DNA from: an uncultured Gammaproteobacteria bacterium
GTDB taxonomy: Bacteria > Pseudomonadota > Gammaproteobacteria > Pseudomonadales > Azotimanducaceae
Assembly (NCBI GenBank): GCA_913043815.1
Contig: CAJWNY010000003.1
Span: forward strand, 7,194-71,193
Direction: 5' to 3'
Length of the DNA: 64,000 bases
Under the pieces are notes generated by a model, which worked only from the letters and a program-made list of their open reading frames with translations, was not told the DNA's origin and did not search any database. Of this stretch, positions 28,167 through 39,247 are shown piece by piece. A program made the translations under genes and the position numbers. Numbering within the stretch: position 1 is the stretch's first letter; each line of letters opens with the position of its first letter.

Positions 28167-29516
28167 GTGTTTAAATCTTTTAGAAACTTAATGCTGTTGT
28201 TTTCAGTAGCGCTGCTTATGGCCCCTGTTAGCGCTAAAGAAATAAGCAGTGCAAAGCCAGAGCGGCAGGGTTTTTCCAGTGAGCGGTTAGAGAAACTTAC
28301 TCAGTTAATGAATGCTAGGGTCGACGACGGCACTATGGTCGGCGGCATGGGCGTGATAGCGCGTAATGGCAAAATTATATACAGCCAAACGTATGGCCAA
28401 GCTGATCGCGAGGCGGGTAAAGCGATGACTGATGATGCTATTTATAGGATATATTCTATGACGAAACCCATCACAGGGGTTGCCTTGATGATGCTATACG
28501 AAGAAGGCAAGTTTCGCCTCAACGATCCTATTGCGATGTATATTCCCGAGATGGCTGACTTGCGGGTCGCTCTTTCTACAGCAGGTACTGGCACTGTCTC
28601 AGATGGTACTTCCAGCACTGCAATAGGTAGTGGCGATGAAACCCTGGTTGGACAGACTCGTAAAGCTATACGTCAGCCCACAATTCGCGACCTCATGACT
28701 CATACTGCGGGTTTAACCTATGGTGTTTTTGGTAATACTGAAGTCGATCAAGCCTACATGCAGGCTGGCCTCTTGGGTGATATGGATTTAAAGGAATTTG
28801 TTACCGTTCTTGGTCAATTACCCCTGCAGTATGATCCGGGCAGTCAGTGGCATTACAGTGTCTCCGTAGACGTTCAGGGCTATTTAGTAGAAGTATTCTC
28901 GGGCATGAAGTTTGGTGAGTTTCTGCAACAACGTATATTCGCACCACTAGACATGAAAGACACAGCTTTCAAGGTTAATGAAGTTAACAAGGATCGTTTA
29001 ACTCAGCTTTATAAGCCAGAAGGCGTAACTGCTACGAATTACTTTTCCCCCTCAACGGGCGATGGTCTGGAGGTTGCAGACGCATTTGTCAGCGCCAGTT
29101 ATTTATATGGTGGTAAGTTTGAAAGCGGCGGCGGCGGCTTGGTTGCGACAGCTCGTGATTACTTGCGCTTTAGTCAGATGATGCTCAATGGCGGAGAGTT
29201 AGATGGTGTGAGAATTCTCTCGCCCAAAACCGTAGATCTGATGACGACAAATCATATTGGTGATTTGGGACTAGGCTACGGCTCAAATGGCATTGGTTTT
29301 GGATTAGATTTCGGTGTTGTACTGAATCCCGGAGATGTGGGCGAAGTCGGCTCAGTTGGCGAATATAGCTGGGGCGGCGCCGCGGGTACGCGCTTCTGGA
29401 TTGATCCCCAAGAGCAATTGATTGGACTGTTTATGGTGCAGAGTATTCCCCATCGCACTCGTCTTGCGGATGACTTCAAAGTGATGACGTACCAGGCTCT
29501 CATCGAAAAAGAGTAG
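28167..29516 (+). CDS. Serine hydrolase (class C beta-lactamase-like esterase)
   Basis: Signal peptide, YSMTK (SxxK), LMTHTAG, WHYS, WGGAAGT; GTG start after GGGAGAG. Confidence 0.9.
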   Translation: MFKSFRNLMLLFSVALLMAPVSAKEISSAKPERQGFSSERLEKLTQLMNARVDDGTMVGGMGVIARNGKIIYSQTYGQADREAGKAMTDDAIYRIYSMTKPITGVALMMLYEEGKFRLNDPIAMYIPEMADLRVALSTAGTGTVSDGTSSTAIGSGDETLVGQTRKAIRQPTIRDLMTHTAGLTYGVFGNTEVDQAYMQAGLLGDMDLKEFVTVLGQLPLQYDPGSQWHYSVSVDVQGYLVEVFSGMKFGEFLQQRIFAPLDMKDTAFKVNEVNKDRLTQLYKPEGVTATNYFSPSTGDGLEVADAFVSASYLYGGKFESGGGGLVATARDYLRFSQMMLNGGELDGVRILSPKTVDLMTTNHIGDLGLGYGSNGIGFGLDFGVVLNPGDVGEVGSVGEYSWGGAAGTRFWIDPQEQLIGLFMVQSIPHRTRLADDFKVMTYQALIEKE

Positions 29517-29540
29517 CGTCGCAACTTATTCTTTAGTTGC

Positions 29541-29571
29541 AGAGTCAGGTGCTCTAATCCTGGCTCTTTTT
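29541..29571 (+). terminator. Rho-independent terminator
   Basis: AGAGTCAGG-loop-CCTGGCTCT followed by TTTT. Confidence 0.55.
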
Positions 29572-29610
29572 CAACATCATTGATTTCCTTTTTACAGCGT
29601 TTTAGTCGTT

Positions 29611-30948
29611 ATGAAAAAACTAGTCGTTCTCCTCTTTATTCTTTCTTTACCTTTTCTCGGGATGAATTTGGTGGGCCTATCGCCCTTTGATCTGAAAGCT
29701 AATGTTCAGGTAGGTACAGGTATTGGTGCCAAGCTAGCGTGCTCTGGCCGTTACTTATCTGGCTTCGATCCTCAACAAATTGCGGCCGACATCGCTTCTT
29801 ACTCGGCAGCTGCAGAGCTGCTGACCATCGGCTATGACGATGTCGAGATGAAAGCCGGTGCCAGTTTATTGGGTTTCGGCTTGACCGAAGCGAAATATCG
29901 TCCTGGCTTAGGTTGTACATTGGTGCGTTCAGGCAGTGAGCAACTTAACGTTATCGAGGTGCCTAAAATACAAGGGTCGCTGCTACCCTGGCCCCAAGGT
30001 TCTATTGTTAATACCTTAGACAATGGTGAGCAATCCCAGTTAAGCAAACTGCTTGTCAAAGATAACGATGATGGTTTGCAGACCAGGGCACTATTGGTTG
30101 TCCGTGATGGATCAATAGTTAGTGAAGTCTATGCTGAAGGTTTTTCGCCACAAACTCCCCTAATGGGTTGGTCTATGGCTAAAGCCCTATCGGGTATTAT
30201 GCTTGGCCACTTAGTTCACGTTGATGAGCTGGCTGTTGGCGAAGCTAATTTGTTTGAAGATTGGTTATTGGACGAACGCCGCAATATTACTTTGCATCAG
30301 TTATTACAAATGAGTAGTGGCTTAGATTTTTCTGAGGTGTATGCGCCAGGAAGCGACGCTACACGTATGCTTTTTGTTGAAGCCAGTGCCTCAGGTGTAG
30401 CTAAAGCCAGCGCACTTATTCATCCGCCTGGCACTTATTTTTCTTATTCTTCAGGTACGGCTAATTTACTCTCGGAAATGTTCGTTAATCGAACTGGCGG
30501 GACTCAGTCTGCGGTGAATGTTTTGTACAAAAAAATATTACAGCCTATGGCTATGGCCCACACAACGTTAGAGCTAGATGCCAATGGGGTATTTATGGGC
30601 AGCTCTAATATTTATTCCAGTACCCGAGACTGGGCTCGGTTGGGGTTGATGATGTTGCAGAACGGCGAACTTAACGGTCATCGAATCGTAAGCGAGCAAT
30701 GGGTAGCGCAAGCGACGAGTCCTAACAGTAGCGATAATGAGCGTGCTTATGGCTATCAAGTTTGGCTAAACGAGGGTGATAAAACATTGCGGTGGCCTGA
30801 TTTGCCTGTAGATGCTTATGCTTTTACTGGTAACCGTGGGCAGCGAGTAATGATCATTCCGTCGGCACAAACGCTCATTGTGCGAATGGGATGGAGTAGT
30901 GAGGGCTACCCTGACAACTTGCGTTTTTCGCAGTTATTGAAATTGTAG
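29611..30948 (+). CDS. Serine hydrolase (beta-lactamase-related, NylB-like)
   Basis: WSMAK, LLQMSSGL, FSYSSG, RDWARLG, YGYQVW. Confidence 0.88.
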   Translation: MKKLVVLLFILSLPFLGMNLVGLSPFDLKANVQVGTGIGAKLACSGRYLSGFDPQQIAADIASYSAAAELLTIGYDDVEMKAGASLLGFGLTEAKYRPGLGCTLVRSGSEQLNVIEVPKIQGSLLPWPQGSIVNTLDNGEQSQLSKLLVKDNDDGLQTRALLVVRDGSIVSEVYAEGFSPQTPLMGWSMAKALSGIMLGHLVHVDELAVGEANLFEDWLLDERRNITLHQLLQMSSGLDFSEVYAPGSDATRMLFVEASASGVAKASALIHPPGTYFSYSSGTANLLSEMFVNRTGGTQSAVNVLYKKILQPMAMAHTTLELDANGVFMGSSNIYSSTRDWARLGLMMLQNGELNGHRIVSEQWVAQATSPNSSDNERAYGYQVWLNEGDKTLRWPDLPVDAYAFTGNRGQRVMIIPSAQTLIVRMGWSSEGYPDNLRFSQLLKL

Positions 30949-31036
30949 CGGCCTCACGAGGTGCTGTCCGGCTAAATATTTTTTTTGAGCGATTTTTTAA
31001 ATACGTATCACAGTTACTTGCCGTACCCGTTAGTCC

Positions 31037-32653
31037 CTAAGAACTATGCCTATTGTCTTCCTTAATAAAGTCTGCGCCTCGCTCTGCAATCATTACCGTG
31101 GGAGCGTTTGTGTTGCCTGAGGTAATGGTTGGCATGATAGACGCATCAATCACCCGCAGTCCGGTAACCCCATGCACCTGCAAGCGATCGTTTACTACGG
31201 CTAACGGGTCATTACCCATTTTGCACGTTCCTACCGGATGAAAGATAGTGGTGCCTAAATCTCCGGCAGCAAATGCTAAATCGTCTTCCGAGGTTAAATG
31301 TGCTCCGGGTTTTAGTTCCTTAGGATTGAAGGCCTGCAGTGCTGGAGCTGCCATTATCTTCCGGGTGAATTTTAATCCGGCTACCGCTACATCTAGGTCG
31401 TCTTTAGTGGAAAGGTAATTAGGCTTGATAGCCGGTGCTGCTTTTGGGTCAGTTGAAGTAATAGATATGCTGCCGCGGCTTGAAGGCCTTAGATTACATA
31501 CAGAGGGTGTGATTGCATCATACTTGTGCAATGGCGAGCCGAATTTATCCAATGAAAGCGGCTGCACATGCCATTCTATATTTGCAGACGCCTGGCTAGG
31601 ATCACTCTTGGCAAATGCGCCGAGTTGTGAGGGTGGCATCGTCATGGGGCCGGTTTTATTGAATAAATATTCAAGGCCCATTTTTGCCATACCCCAAGGG
31701 TATTTTGCTCGGCGATTTAAGGTTACGGTATTGTCTACCGAATAGATTGTTCTAACCTGTAGATGGTCCTGTAAATTATTTCCCACGCCTCGTAGTTCGC
31801 GTTTTGTCTCGATACCGTATTGCTGCAGTAGGTCCGGATCGCCGATGCCCGAGAGCTGTAAAATTTGTGGCGAGCCCACGGCGCCCGCTGCCAGTAAAAC
31901 TTCTTTTCTGGCAGTTACTAGTTGAGCATGACCTTTGTGGTGCATGTGCACGCCCGTGGCAACTAGTCCTTTGTCGGTTTTTTCCAAAGCTAGTTTTTGT
32001 ACCATGGCCTCGGTCATCACCGTTAAATTGGGCCGCCTTTGTGCTGTGTCTAAGAAAGCGCGAGCTGCGCTCCAGCGCTTTCCTGCGCGCTGATTCATTT
32101 GGAAGTAGGCGTTCCCAAAGTTGTCGCCGGTGTTGAATTCTTTGATTTTGGGTATGCCAGTTTGCGCGGCAGCTTCGCGCCAAACGTCCAGTATTTCCCA
32201 ATTCACTCGACGTTCCTCTACTCGGAGTTCGCCACCACTGCCGTGAAAGTCATCGGCGCCGTGTTGGTAGTCCTCCGATCGCCGAAATATAGGCAGCACG
32301 TCATCCCAACCCCAGCCGCGGTTGCCCTGACTTGCCCAATACTCGTAGTCACTTTTCTGTCCGCGCATATAAATCATGGCATTAATAGACGACGATCCGC
32401 CGATCACTTTGCCGCGGGCATAACCAATACTTCTGCCGTTTAGACCCGTCTCAGGTTCGGTGGAAAAGCACCAATCCGTGCGTGGATTGCCAATGGTGTA
32501 GAGATATCCCACGGGGATGTCTATCCAAAAATAGTTATCTTTTTTGCCAGCTTCTAATAACAGAATTTTTTTAGACGGGTCTTTAGATAATCGGTTTGCG
32601 AGAACACATCCCGCTGTGCCAGCACCGATAATAATGTAGTCGTATTTAGACAA
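31037..32653 (-). CDS. GMC family oxidoreductase (choline dehydrogenase-like)
   Basis: GAGTAG, GGSSSINAMIY, LSGIG, FHPVGTCKMG, SGNTNAP; TTG start after GGAG. Confidence 0.93.
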   Translation of the reverse strand: MSKYDYIIIGAGTAGCVLANRLSKDPSKKILLLEAGKKDNYFWIDIPVGYLYTIGNPRTDWCFSTEPETGLNGRSIGYARGKVIGGSSSINAMIYMRGQKSDYEYWASQGNRGWGWDDVLPIFRRSEDYQHGADDFHGSGGELRVEERRVNWEILDVWREAAAQTGIPKIKEFNTGDNFGNAYFQMNQRAGKRWSAARAFLDTAQRRPNLTVMTEAMVQKLALEKTDKGLVATGVHMHHKGHAQLVTARKEVLLAAGAVGSPQILQLSGIGDPDLLQQYGIETKRELRGVGNNLQDHLQVRTIYSVDNTVTLNRRAKYPWGMAKMGLEYLFNKTGPMTMPPSQLGAFAKSDPSQASANIEWHVQPLSLDKFGSPLHKYDAITPSVCNLRPSSRGSISITSTDPKAAPAIKPNYLSTKDDLDVAVAGLKFTRKIMAAPALQAFNPKELKPGAHLTSEDDLAFAAGDLGTTIFHPVGTCKMGNDPLAVVNDRLQVHGVTGLRVIDASIMPTITSGNTNAPTVMIAERGADFIKEDNRHSS

Positions 32654-33006
32654 AATAAATTCTCCCAAACAGAAGCGAAGCAAGCTACGAGCATATCAGG
32701 TATTTACCGTTTATGGCTGTGCTGGGAGCCCTGCGGGGCTTTGTAATACGGTTCTGCATCGACTCGTCGACTATCGTTAGGTTAGTGAAAGTCAAAAAGA
32801 TAACTCAAAATTTGGTGAAGGCATTTCAAAAGAGTAAAACAGAATTTAGAGTAAGTTGGATGTTAAATATATTTTGGTGCCTACTTAAAATTTGTTTTTA
32901 ACTAACTTAGTTTGATATCTTAGGGAATAAATTTTGTTTAGTGCCGAGCCTTAATTTTCTTCGTGGCCAGTGCATTTTTAATTAGATCATAATTTTGAGG
33001 CTTACA

Positions 33007-33639
33007 ATGAAACTATACACCGTGCCGGCTGCGCCGAACCCTACCAAAGTCATGCTCTATATCGCAGAGCGTGAAGTATCGGGTACTGATATGGGCATTG
33101 AGCAAGTTCGAGTCAATACACTAAAAGGTGAACAGAATTCGCCTGAGCATTTGCAGCGCAATCCTTTTGGAGCGCTGCCGGTTCTTGAACTAGATGACGG
33201 TCGGTATTTAAGCGAGTCTCTCAGTATTATTCATTTCCTCGACGAAAAATTCGCCGACAACAATATGCTGGGTTCTGATCCTATAGAGCGAAGTTTTGCT
33301 CGCGATTTGGAGCGGATTGTTGAGTTACGTATCGCAATCCCAATCGGACGCTACGTCCACGTAACTAATTCACCGTTTGGTTTGCCTGCAGATCCAAAGG
33401 CTGCAGCGGAAATCGAAGCTAGTTTGCCAAAAGCACTAGGCTTTATAGAAAAAATGCTAAGTGATGGTCGTAGCCTTTTGCTAGGCGACAGCGTTTCAAT
33501 CGCTGATTGTACGTTGCAAAGCGGCCTTCAATTTGCTCGTTTTGGCAAGTCTGAAGTAATAAGCGATTACCCAAATATCCAAGCGTGGGACCAAGCCTAT
33601 CGGGCTCGGCCGGCAGCTTTATCTGTGCTTAAGTTCTGA
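33007..33639 (+). CDS. Glutathione S-transferase family protein
   Basis: APNP, NPFGALPVL, SESLSI, SIADCT. Confidence 0.9.
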   Translation: MKLYTVPAAPNPTKVMLYIAEREVSGTDMGIEQVRVNTLKGEQNSPEHLQRNPFGALPVLELDDGRYLSESLSIIHFLDEKFADNNMLGSDPIERSFARDLERIVELRIAIPIGRYVHVTNSPFGLPADPKAAAEIEASLPKALGFIEKMLSDGRSLLLGDSVSIADCTLQSGLQFARFGKSEVISDYPNIQAWDQAYRARPAALSVLKF

Positions 33640-33661
33640 TATCCATTAGGCCGTTGACTTA

Positions 33662-35224
33662 TTACCTGCGTGGTCCTCTATTTTTTTGTTGCGACGGCCA
33701 GTATTGATCTTTTAGGAGACGCTTATACAGCTTCCCGGTGGGGAGGCGTGGTAGTTCGTCGAGAAAATCCACTGATCTGGGTATTTTATAGTTAGCCAAG
33801 TTTTCTTTGGCGTAGGCGATAAGGTCCTCTGCCAGCGCATCAGTACCCTCAATGCCGTGCATTGGTTGCACTACCGCTTTGACCTCCTCACCAAAATCTT
33901 CGTTGGGTACTCCAAAAACGGCAACGTCTTGCACGGCCTCGTGCATTATGAGTGTGTCTTCGATTTCTCTTGGGTAGATGTTTACGCCGCCGGAAATAAT
34001 CATGTAAGCCTTTCTGTCAGTCAGAAATAAGAATCCTTTTTGGTTGAGGTAGCCGACGTCTCCCAGGGAGGTCCAGTTGCTATGGATTGGATGGGTCGCC
34101 CCAGAGGTTTTTTCTGGAGCGTTGTGGTACTCGAAATTTCTTTCTGGCAGCTCGAAATAAATCATACCTTCGTCGCCTTGGGCTTGTTCAACGCCGGTCT
34201 CGTCACAAATATGCACAACGCCAATGTGGGCTTTGCCCACTGAGCCCGGATTTGCCAGCCAATCCTGTGGGCCGATAATAGTTGTACCATTGCGCTCAGT
34301 ACCAGCGTAGTACTCCCATAGAATCGGTCCCCACCAGTCCATCATTTGATGCTTTATTGGCGCCGGACACGGCGCTGCCGCATGGATTGCACATTGGTGA
34401 CTGCTTAGGTCGTACCCGGACAGCGTTTTTTTGTCTAACTTAAGCATGCGAATAAACATGGTAGGTACCCATTGTGAATGAGTAATTTGATACTGCTCGA
34501 TGTACCTGAGCGAGAGTTCTGGGTCAAAACGTTCCATCATTATCACACTGCCGCCTAAAGCCAGTGTGCGCATGCAAAAGCCAAAAGGTGCTGCGTGATA
34601 GAGCGGCGCGGGGGACAAGTAGACTGTTTTGGCGTTTAAGCCATAGGGGTTGTTGGGTTCAACGCCGGGAATGCCTTCGCTGACATCCAACCCTGATAGC
34701 GGCCGTTTAATACCCTTAGGTTGCCCAGTAGTGCCCGAACTATAAAGCATGGAGTCACCGGCGGGTTGTTCTTGCAATGGAGCTGTGGATTGCTGAGCTA
34801 CTGCGCTCAAGTAGTCTTCGTAGCCGCTCAGATCGTCGGAGCTCGCTCCGCGGATAAAACGGTGTCTGCAATTTGGTATTAAATTCAAAAGCTCAGCGGC
34901 GATGGCCAAGTCGCTGGACGTAAAAAGCACCTGAGTACCTGAGTCTTGAATAATATAGGCCGCTTCTTCCGCGGTTAAGTAACGGTTAATGCACGTGATG
35001 TAGAGGCCTGACCGATAGGCGCCCCAAGCGATTTCAAAAAACGATAAATGATTTTCCATTAAAATGGAAACGTGATCTCCGGGCTTCAAGCCTCTAGCCC
35101 GAAGCAGGTTGGCAACTTGCTTGGAGCGATTGTCCAGATCCAACCATGAAACCTCTTCACCAGTAGCTGCGTTTATCAACGCGGGGGTATCTGGTTTTAC
35201 TTTTGACCAATGTCCGGGGTACAT
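33662..35224 (-). CDS. Acyl-CoA synthetase (long-chain fatty acid-CoA ligase)
   Basis: YSSGTTGQPKG, YYAGTE, GDVGY, ISGGVNIYP, PTGKLYKR. Confidence 0.93.
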   Translation of the reverse strand: MYPGHWSKVKPDTPALINAATGEEVSWLDLDNRSKQVANLLRARGLKPGDHVSILMENHLSFFEIAWGAYRSGLYITCINRYLTAEEAAYIIQDSGTQVLFTSSDLAIAAELLNLIPNCRHRFIRGASSDDLSGYEDYLSAVAQQSTAPLQEQPAGDSMLYSSGTTGQPKGIKRPLSGLDVSEGIPGVEPNNPYGLNAKTVYLSPAPLYHAAPFGFCMRTLALGGSVIMMERFDPELSLRYIEQYQITHSQWVPTMFIRMLKLDKKTLSGYDLSSHQCAIHAAAPCPAPIKHQMMDWWGPILWEYYAGTERNGTTIIGPQDWLANPGSVGKAHIGVVHICDETGVEQAQGDEGMIYFELPERNFEYHNAPEKTSGATHPIHSNWTSLGDVGYLNQKGFLFLTDRKAYMIISGGVNIYPREIEDTLIMHEAVQDVAVFGVPNEDFGEEVKAVVQPMHGIEGTDALAEDLIAYAKENLANYKIPRSVDFLDELPRLPTGKLYKRLLKDQYWPSQQKNRGPRR

Positions 35225-35393
35225 AAAAATCCTTGGTTATGAAGTTACGCTGAGCAATTCAATGTAATTATTGGTGTTAGTAAGCGTGTAGGTGCTTGGA
35301 CTATAGAGCGTTGCACATAGCGGATTAGTGTCTGCTTTGAGTTTAACGTAGTGCTGGGTCAGTGAGCCCAGCTCCTAGTCGTTCTTCTGTGCT

Positions 35394-36431
35394 TTAAAGC
35401 ACTTCGCCAGCGATGACTTCTAATGCCTCAGGCTGCCGACAGCCGAGTAGCATTGACGCGACGCGGCCTTGATTACCCGCTTCCTTCCAGCGCTGTAAGC
35501 GTTCTTTAATTCGCTCCTTGGGGCCTACCAAGTGACATGCATCAATGAGTTCTGCGGGTACAGCGGCAGCCGCTTCGTCTTTGCGTCCGGCCAAAAAGAG
35601 ATCCTGTATTTTCACTGCCGCGTCTTCAAATCCTAATGCCTTGGCATAGTTGTTGTAGAAGTTTTTGTCCCTGGCGCCCATGCCACCAATATATAACGCC
35701 ATATTTGCGCGTATAGGCAACATACACTGCTCGACATCATCGCCCATGGATACTGTGACAAAGGGTGAGACTTCAAATTGCGTCATGTCCTTGTCGCCGG
35801 CTTTAGCGAAACCCTCTTGAATAGGCGCTGAAAATACCTCGTGTTTTTCAGGGTCCATCCAGATGGGGAAAAACCCATCACAAACCTCTGCTGCTGCTGC
35901 AACACCCTTGGGGGTTATGTTTGCGGCAAAAATTGGAATGTCTTCTTCGCAATGTAAAATACTTTTCAGAGGCTTGCCCAAGCCCGTGGCTCCGGTGCCG
36001 GTATAGGGCAGTTGGTAGAGTTCGCCCTCAAAGTTCAGTGGTCCTTCGCGTTTAAATATCTGTTTCATGATCTGCACATATTCTTTCAGCCGCGTAACAG
36101 GTTTGCCGTAGGGCACCCCGTGCCAGCCTTCGACAACTTGGGGTCCAGATGCCCCCAAGCCAACAATAAAGCGACCGCCAGAAAGTTCCGCTAAGCTCAT
36201 TGCCGTCATTGCTGACATAGCGGGCGAACGTGCGGGCATTTGCATAATTGCAGTACCCACTTTGATCTTGCTGGTATGGGCTAGCATCCAAGTAGCTGGT
36301 GTGACGGCGTCTCCACCCCAAGCCTCAGCTGTCCATACGGAGTCGAAACCTAACGTCTCGGCGTGTTTTATTACGCCCATGTCTACTTTAACGCGTGGGC
36401 CGATATTTCCTGCGAGTAGTCCTAGCTTCAT
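35394..36431 (-). CDS. LLM class F420-dependent oxidoreductase (Rv3520c-like)
   Basis: WTAEAWGGDA, GTAIMQMPARSP, GLGASGPQVVEGWHG, LYIGGMGARDKNFYN. Confidence 0.88.
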   Translation of the reverse strand: MKLGLLAGNIGPRVKVDMGVIKHAETLGFDSVWTAEAWGGDAVTPATWMLAHTSKIKVGTAIMQMPARSPAMSAMTAMSLAELSGGRFIVGLGASGPQVVEGWHGVPYGKPVTRLKEYVQIMKQIFKREGPLNFEGELYQLPYTGTGATGLGKPLKSILHCEEDIPIFAANITPKGVAAAAEVCDGFFPIWMDPEKHEVFSAPIQEGFAKAGDKDMTQFEVSPFVTVSMGDDVEQCMLPIRANMALYIGGMGARDKNFYNNYAKALGFEDAAVKIQDLFLAGRKDEAAAAVPAELIDACHLVGPKERIKERLQRWKEAGNQGRVASMLLGCRQPEALEVIAGEVL

Positions 36432-36516
36432 TTCCTTTTCTCCCGGTTCTCTCTATTTTTGCTGTTTTGGTGCGTTCTTTACTATTATGAACGCTTTATT
36501 CTTAAAACCACTGTCT

Positions 36517-37854
36517 TCAGGTGGCATTACTTTCAGTTAAAAGCTTTTCGTTCATCTCTTGCGTGTCTGCTAAATCGCTACGCATTGTACGCGCTCCAAT
36601 AAAATAGTGAAAAGCTGCCCATACATTAACCAATACGGCTGCGCACATTGCATAGCGTATCGAGTAAATACCAAAGTCTGGTGTCAGTATGTCGCTCAGA
36701 ACACCAACCAGATAGGGCCCTAGACCCATGCCGATAAGGTTAAGTACGAAAAGCAAAATAGCAGATGCGACGGCACGCATACGCAATGAAACTAATGCTT
36801 GTGTCATAGCGAAAGATGGTCCCAGGTATGCGCTACCCAAGATCGCGACTATCATGAGTGAGGCTACAACAGCCCACATACCGCCGTAGAGGTAGGCAAT
36901 TAGCTGAAATGGCACCATGACTAGAGTAGCTATACCTGGTACCCAAAAGTACCAGCGCTTGTCGTCGGTTCGATCGGAGAGTTTGTCGGAAATGTAGCCT
37001 CCAAAAAATGTACCGATAGCGCCAACACCTGCGACTAGTGCTAAAATACTGCCAATATCCGTCAACGACATTTCATGAATTCGTATGAAAAATGGTGCAT
37101 TCCAAGTGCCGGCACCATAGCTGACGAATGCGTGCAAGCCTGCTGCAAATGCAAGATGCCTAAAAGAAGTCTTGCTCCAAAGTAATTTGAAAACAGTCTT
37201 TATTGGCGGCGGAGGCGCAGTCTTAATAGGTGTTTTCGAGCGTTGGCTCAATTTTATATCAGACATACCTCTGGGTGGCTCGCGCAAAGTAAACCAAACT
37301 ATCAGCGCAAAGATGATGCCTGGTACGCCAACTAAGAAGAAGGTATACCTCCAGCCTATAGTGTCCGCGCCCCAACCACCGACAAAGTTACCAATCATTG
37401 TTCCAAGGGGAATGCCGAGGGCATAAATGGAAAGAGCGGTGGCCCTTGTCTCGATTGGAAAGTAGTCAGAAATCAATGAGTGGCTTGGAGGGCTAGCACC
37501 AGCTTCACCGATACCAACGCCAATTCTTGCAAGCAGCAGTGTTAAGAAGTTATTAGCCAAACCGCATATCGCGGTCATTGCGCTCCAGATCACCATAGAG
37601 ATAGCGAGGATTTTTACTCGGCTGCGGCGGTCTGCTAGGGCAGCAATAGGTATGCCTAAGAACGTATAAAAAACCGCGAAGGCAAGACCGCCAAGAAAGC
37701 CAAGCTGGGAGTCTGTTAGGACCAGATCTATCTTAATAGGCTCGAGTAACAAAGACAGGATAGATCTGTCGATAAAATTAATAATATACCCGACGAGAAG
37801 TATTCCCAGCGCGTATTTTCGATAGTTTGGTCCAATATTTACTGCTTGAGACAA
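36517..37854 (-). CDS. MFS transporter (spinster-like)
   Basis: NFIDR, LADRRSR, GIGEA, ISDYFP; about 12 TM helices. Confidence 0.9.
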   Translation of the reverse strand: MSQAVNIGPNYRKYALGILLVGYIINFIDRSILSLLLEPIKIDLVLTDSQLGFLGGLAFAVFYTFLGIPIAALADRRSRVKILAISMVIWSAMTAICGLANNFLTLLLARIGVGIGEAGASPPSHSLISDYFPIETRATALSIYALGIPLGTMIGNFVGGWGADTIGWRYTFFLVGVPGIIFALIVWFTLREPPRGMSDIKLSQRSKTPIKTAPPPPIKTVFKLLWSKTSFRHLAFAAGLHAFVSYGAGTWNAPFFIRIHEMSLTDIGSILALVAGVGAIGTFFGGYISDKLSDRTDDKRWYFWVPGIATLVMVPFQLIAYLYGGMWAVVASLMIVAILGSAYLGPSFAMTQALVSLRMRAVASAILLFVLNLIGMGLGPYLVGVLSDILTPDFGIYSIRYAMCAAVLVNVWAAFHYFIGARTMRSDLADTQEMNEKLLTESNAT

Positions 37855-37915
37855 AACGATTCCCCTCTTCTACTTTATTACTGTTTGCAGGCGTGATGGC
37901 CTGTGACTGTCCAAA

Positions 37916-38851
37916 TTATGGTTGTCTATTCGACAACCACCATTGCATAGTTTGTGAAACCAATCCCTCCGCATCTTGCTGCACAAAGTGGCCCGCGTTA
38001 GGAGCAGTTACAATGGTTACATCGTTATCTACCCAATCCCACGTGTTGTTTAAACCGTCGGAGTGCAGGGCGGTATCCTTGAGACCATGAAAAATTAACA
38101 CTGGCATAGATAGACGTGGCCAAGCGCTATCGTTGGCCACTGGGCTGTCGTTATCGGGTGATGGATAATTAGCCTTATAAAAGTTCAACATGCCGTTAAA
38201 GCTGCTTCGTTTGAAGGCCTTTATATAGTGCTTGCGCTCTTGTTGATCGCTGACCCAACTAGACAAAGTCTCTGCAGTCATCGGCCCACCAAACATAATG
38301 TCTGGGTCTGTGGGCGAACCTGCAATGAACTTACGCGCGTAGCCGCTGTTTTTTTGCTGTTCTTCATTAGAGGCCATTTCTCTGGCCATACCACTGGGGT
38401 GGGGAAGATTCAGAATTACCAGATTGTCGACCATTTGCGGCAGCATAAAAGCTACTTGCCAAGCCACTGCGCCGCCCCAATCATGACCAACCACTGTTGC
38501 ACTTGATGTGCCTTGGTGTTTTATCACGGCTGCTACGTCAGCGACTAAGTTAGGCATCTCATATTGGTCCACGCCCTTTGGTTGGTCGCTGAGGTTGTAG
38601 CCTCGTTGGTCCATAGCCACCACGGTGTAGTTTTCTTTCAAGGCATTTATCTGGTGTCGCCAGGTGTACCAGTAATCGGGAAAGCCGTGAATCATAACGA
38701 CCAATGGGCCTTGCCCCGTTTTTACGTAGTGAATTTTTACGCCATTGTTGTCAGCGTAGCCGTGGGTTATTTCGTCGGATAGATCTGCATTGAGCATCGG
38801 GCTGAATATCGCTGTAATGAATAAAAGTAGTTTTCTCACATGTCCCCACAT
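37916..38851 (-). CDS. Alpha/beta hydrolase (epoxide hydrolase-like)
   Basis: HGFPD, DQRGYN, GHDWGG, AGHFVQ. Confidence 0.9.
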   Translation of the reverse strand: MWGHVRKLLLFITAIFSPMLNADLSDEITHGYADNNGVKIHYVKTGQGPLVVMIHGFPDYWYTWRHQINALKENYTVVAMDQRGYNLSDQPKGVDQYEMPNLVADVAAVIKHQGTSSATVVGHDWGGAVAWQVAFMLPQMVDNLVILNLPHPSGMAREMASNEEQQKNSGYARKFIAGSPTDPDIMFGGPMTAETLSSWVSDQQERKHYIKAFKRSSFNGMLNFYKANYPSPDNDSPVANDSAWPRLSMPVLIFHGLKDTALHSDGLNNTWDWVDNDVTIVTAPNAGHFVQQDAEGLVSQTMQWWLSNRQP

Positions 38852-39247
38852 TTGTTTCGATATCAGATTTTAGGCTGTGCCATTACTCTGCCGAAGCAAG
38901 CTGTTACGCCGTGTATCGCAAGTAGTGAGATCCGGCTACATTCAGCTCTGTGGGCCTAATTTATGCTGGTCTGCCAACTACGATCGCAAAGTCTATTGAA
39001 AACCCCTCAAACTCAACCCTAACACCGGTTTGAAATCCTTAAAAGCACTGGTCGGTCGCGGTGAGTGCGATGGTAATTGGAGTTGGGTTTTGACAGGGCA
39101 GTTATTTTTGATCTGGGGACAAGCAGAGCCTTAGACGAATACATTTAGCAAGCTCTGCAAGACGCGCAGAAGCTGCGCTCATCTAGGCAGGGCGGAGTAG
39201 CCTGCGTAAGCGGGTAATCCAATCAGCCAGACCAAGGATTTGCAGTG

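Noticed and set aside
38990-39115. Alternative genetic code (TGA=Trp) suggested by TGA at Trp-like positions
   Set aside because: Six intact genes end properly at TGA, and no conserved gene contains an internal TGA.
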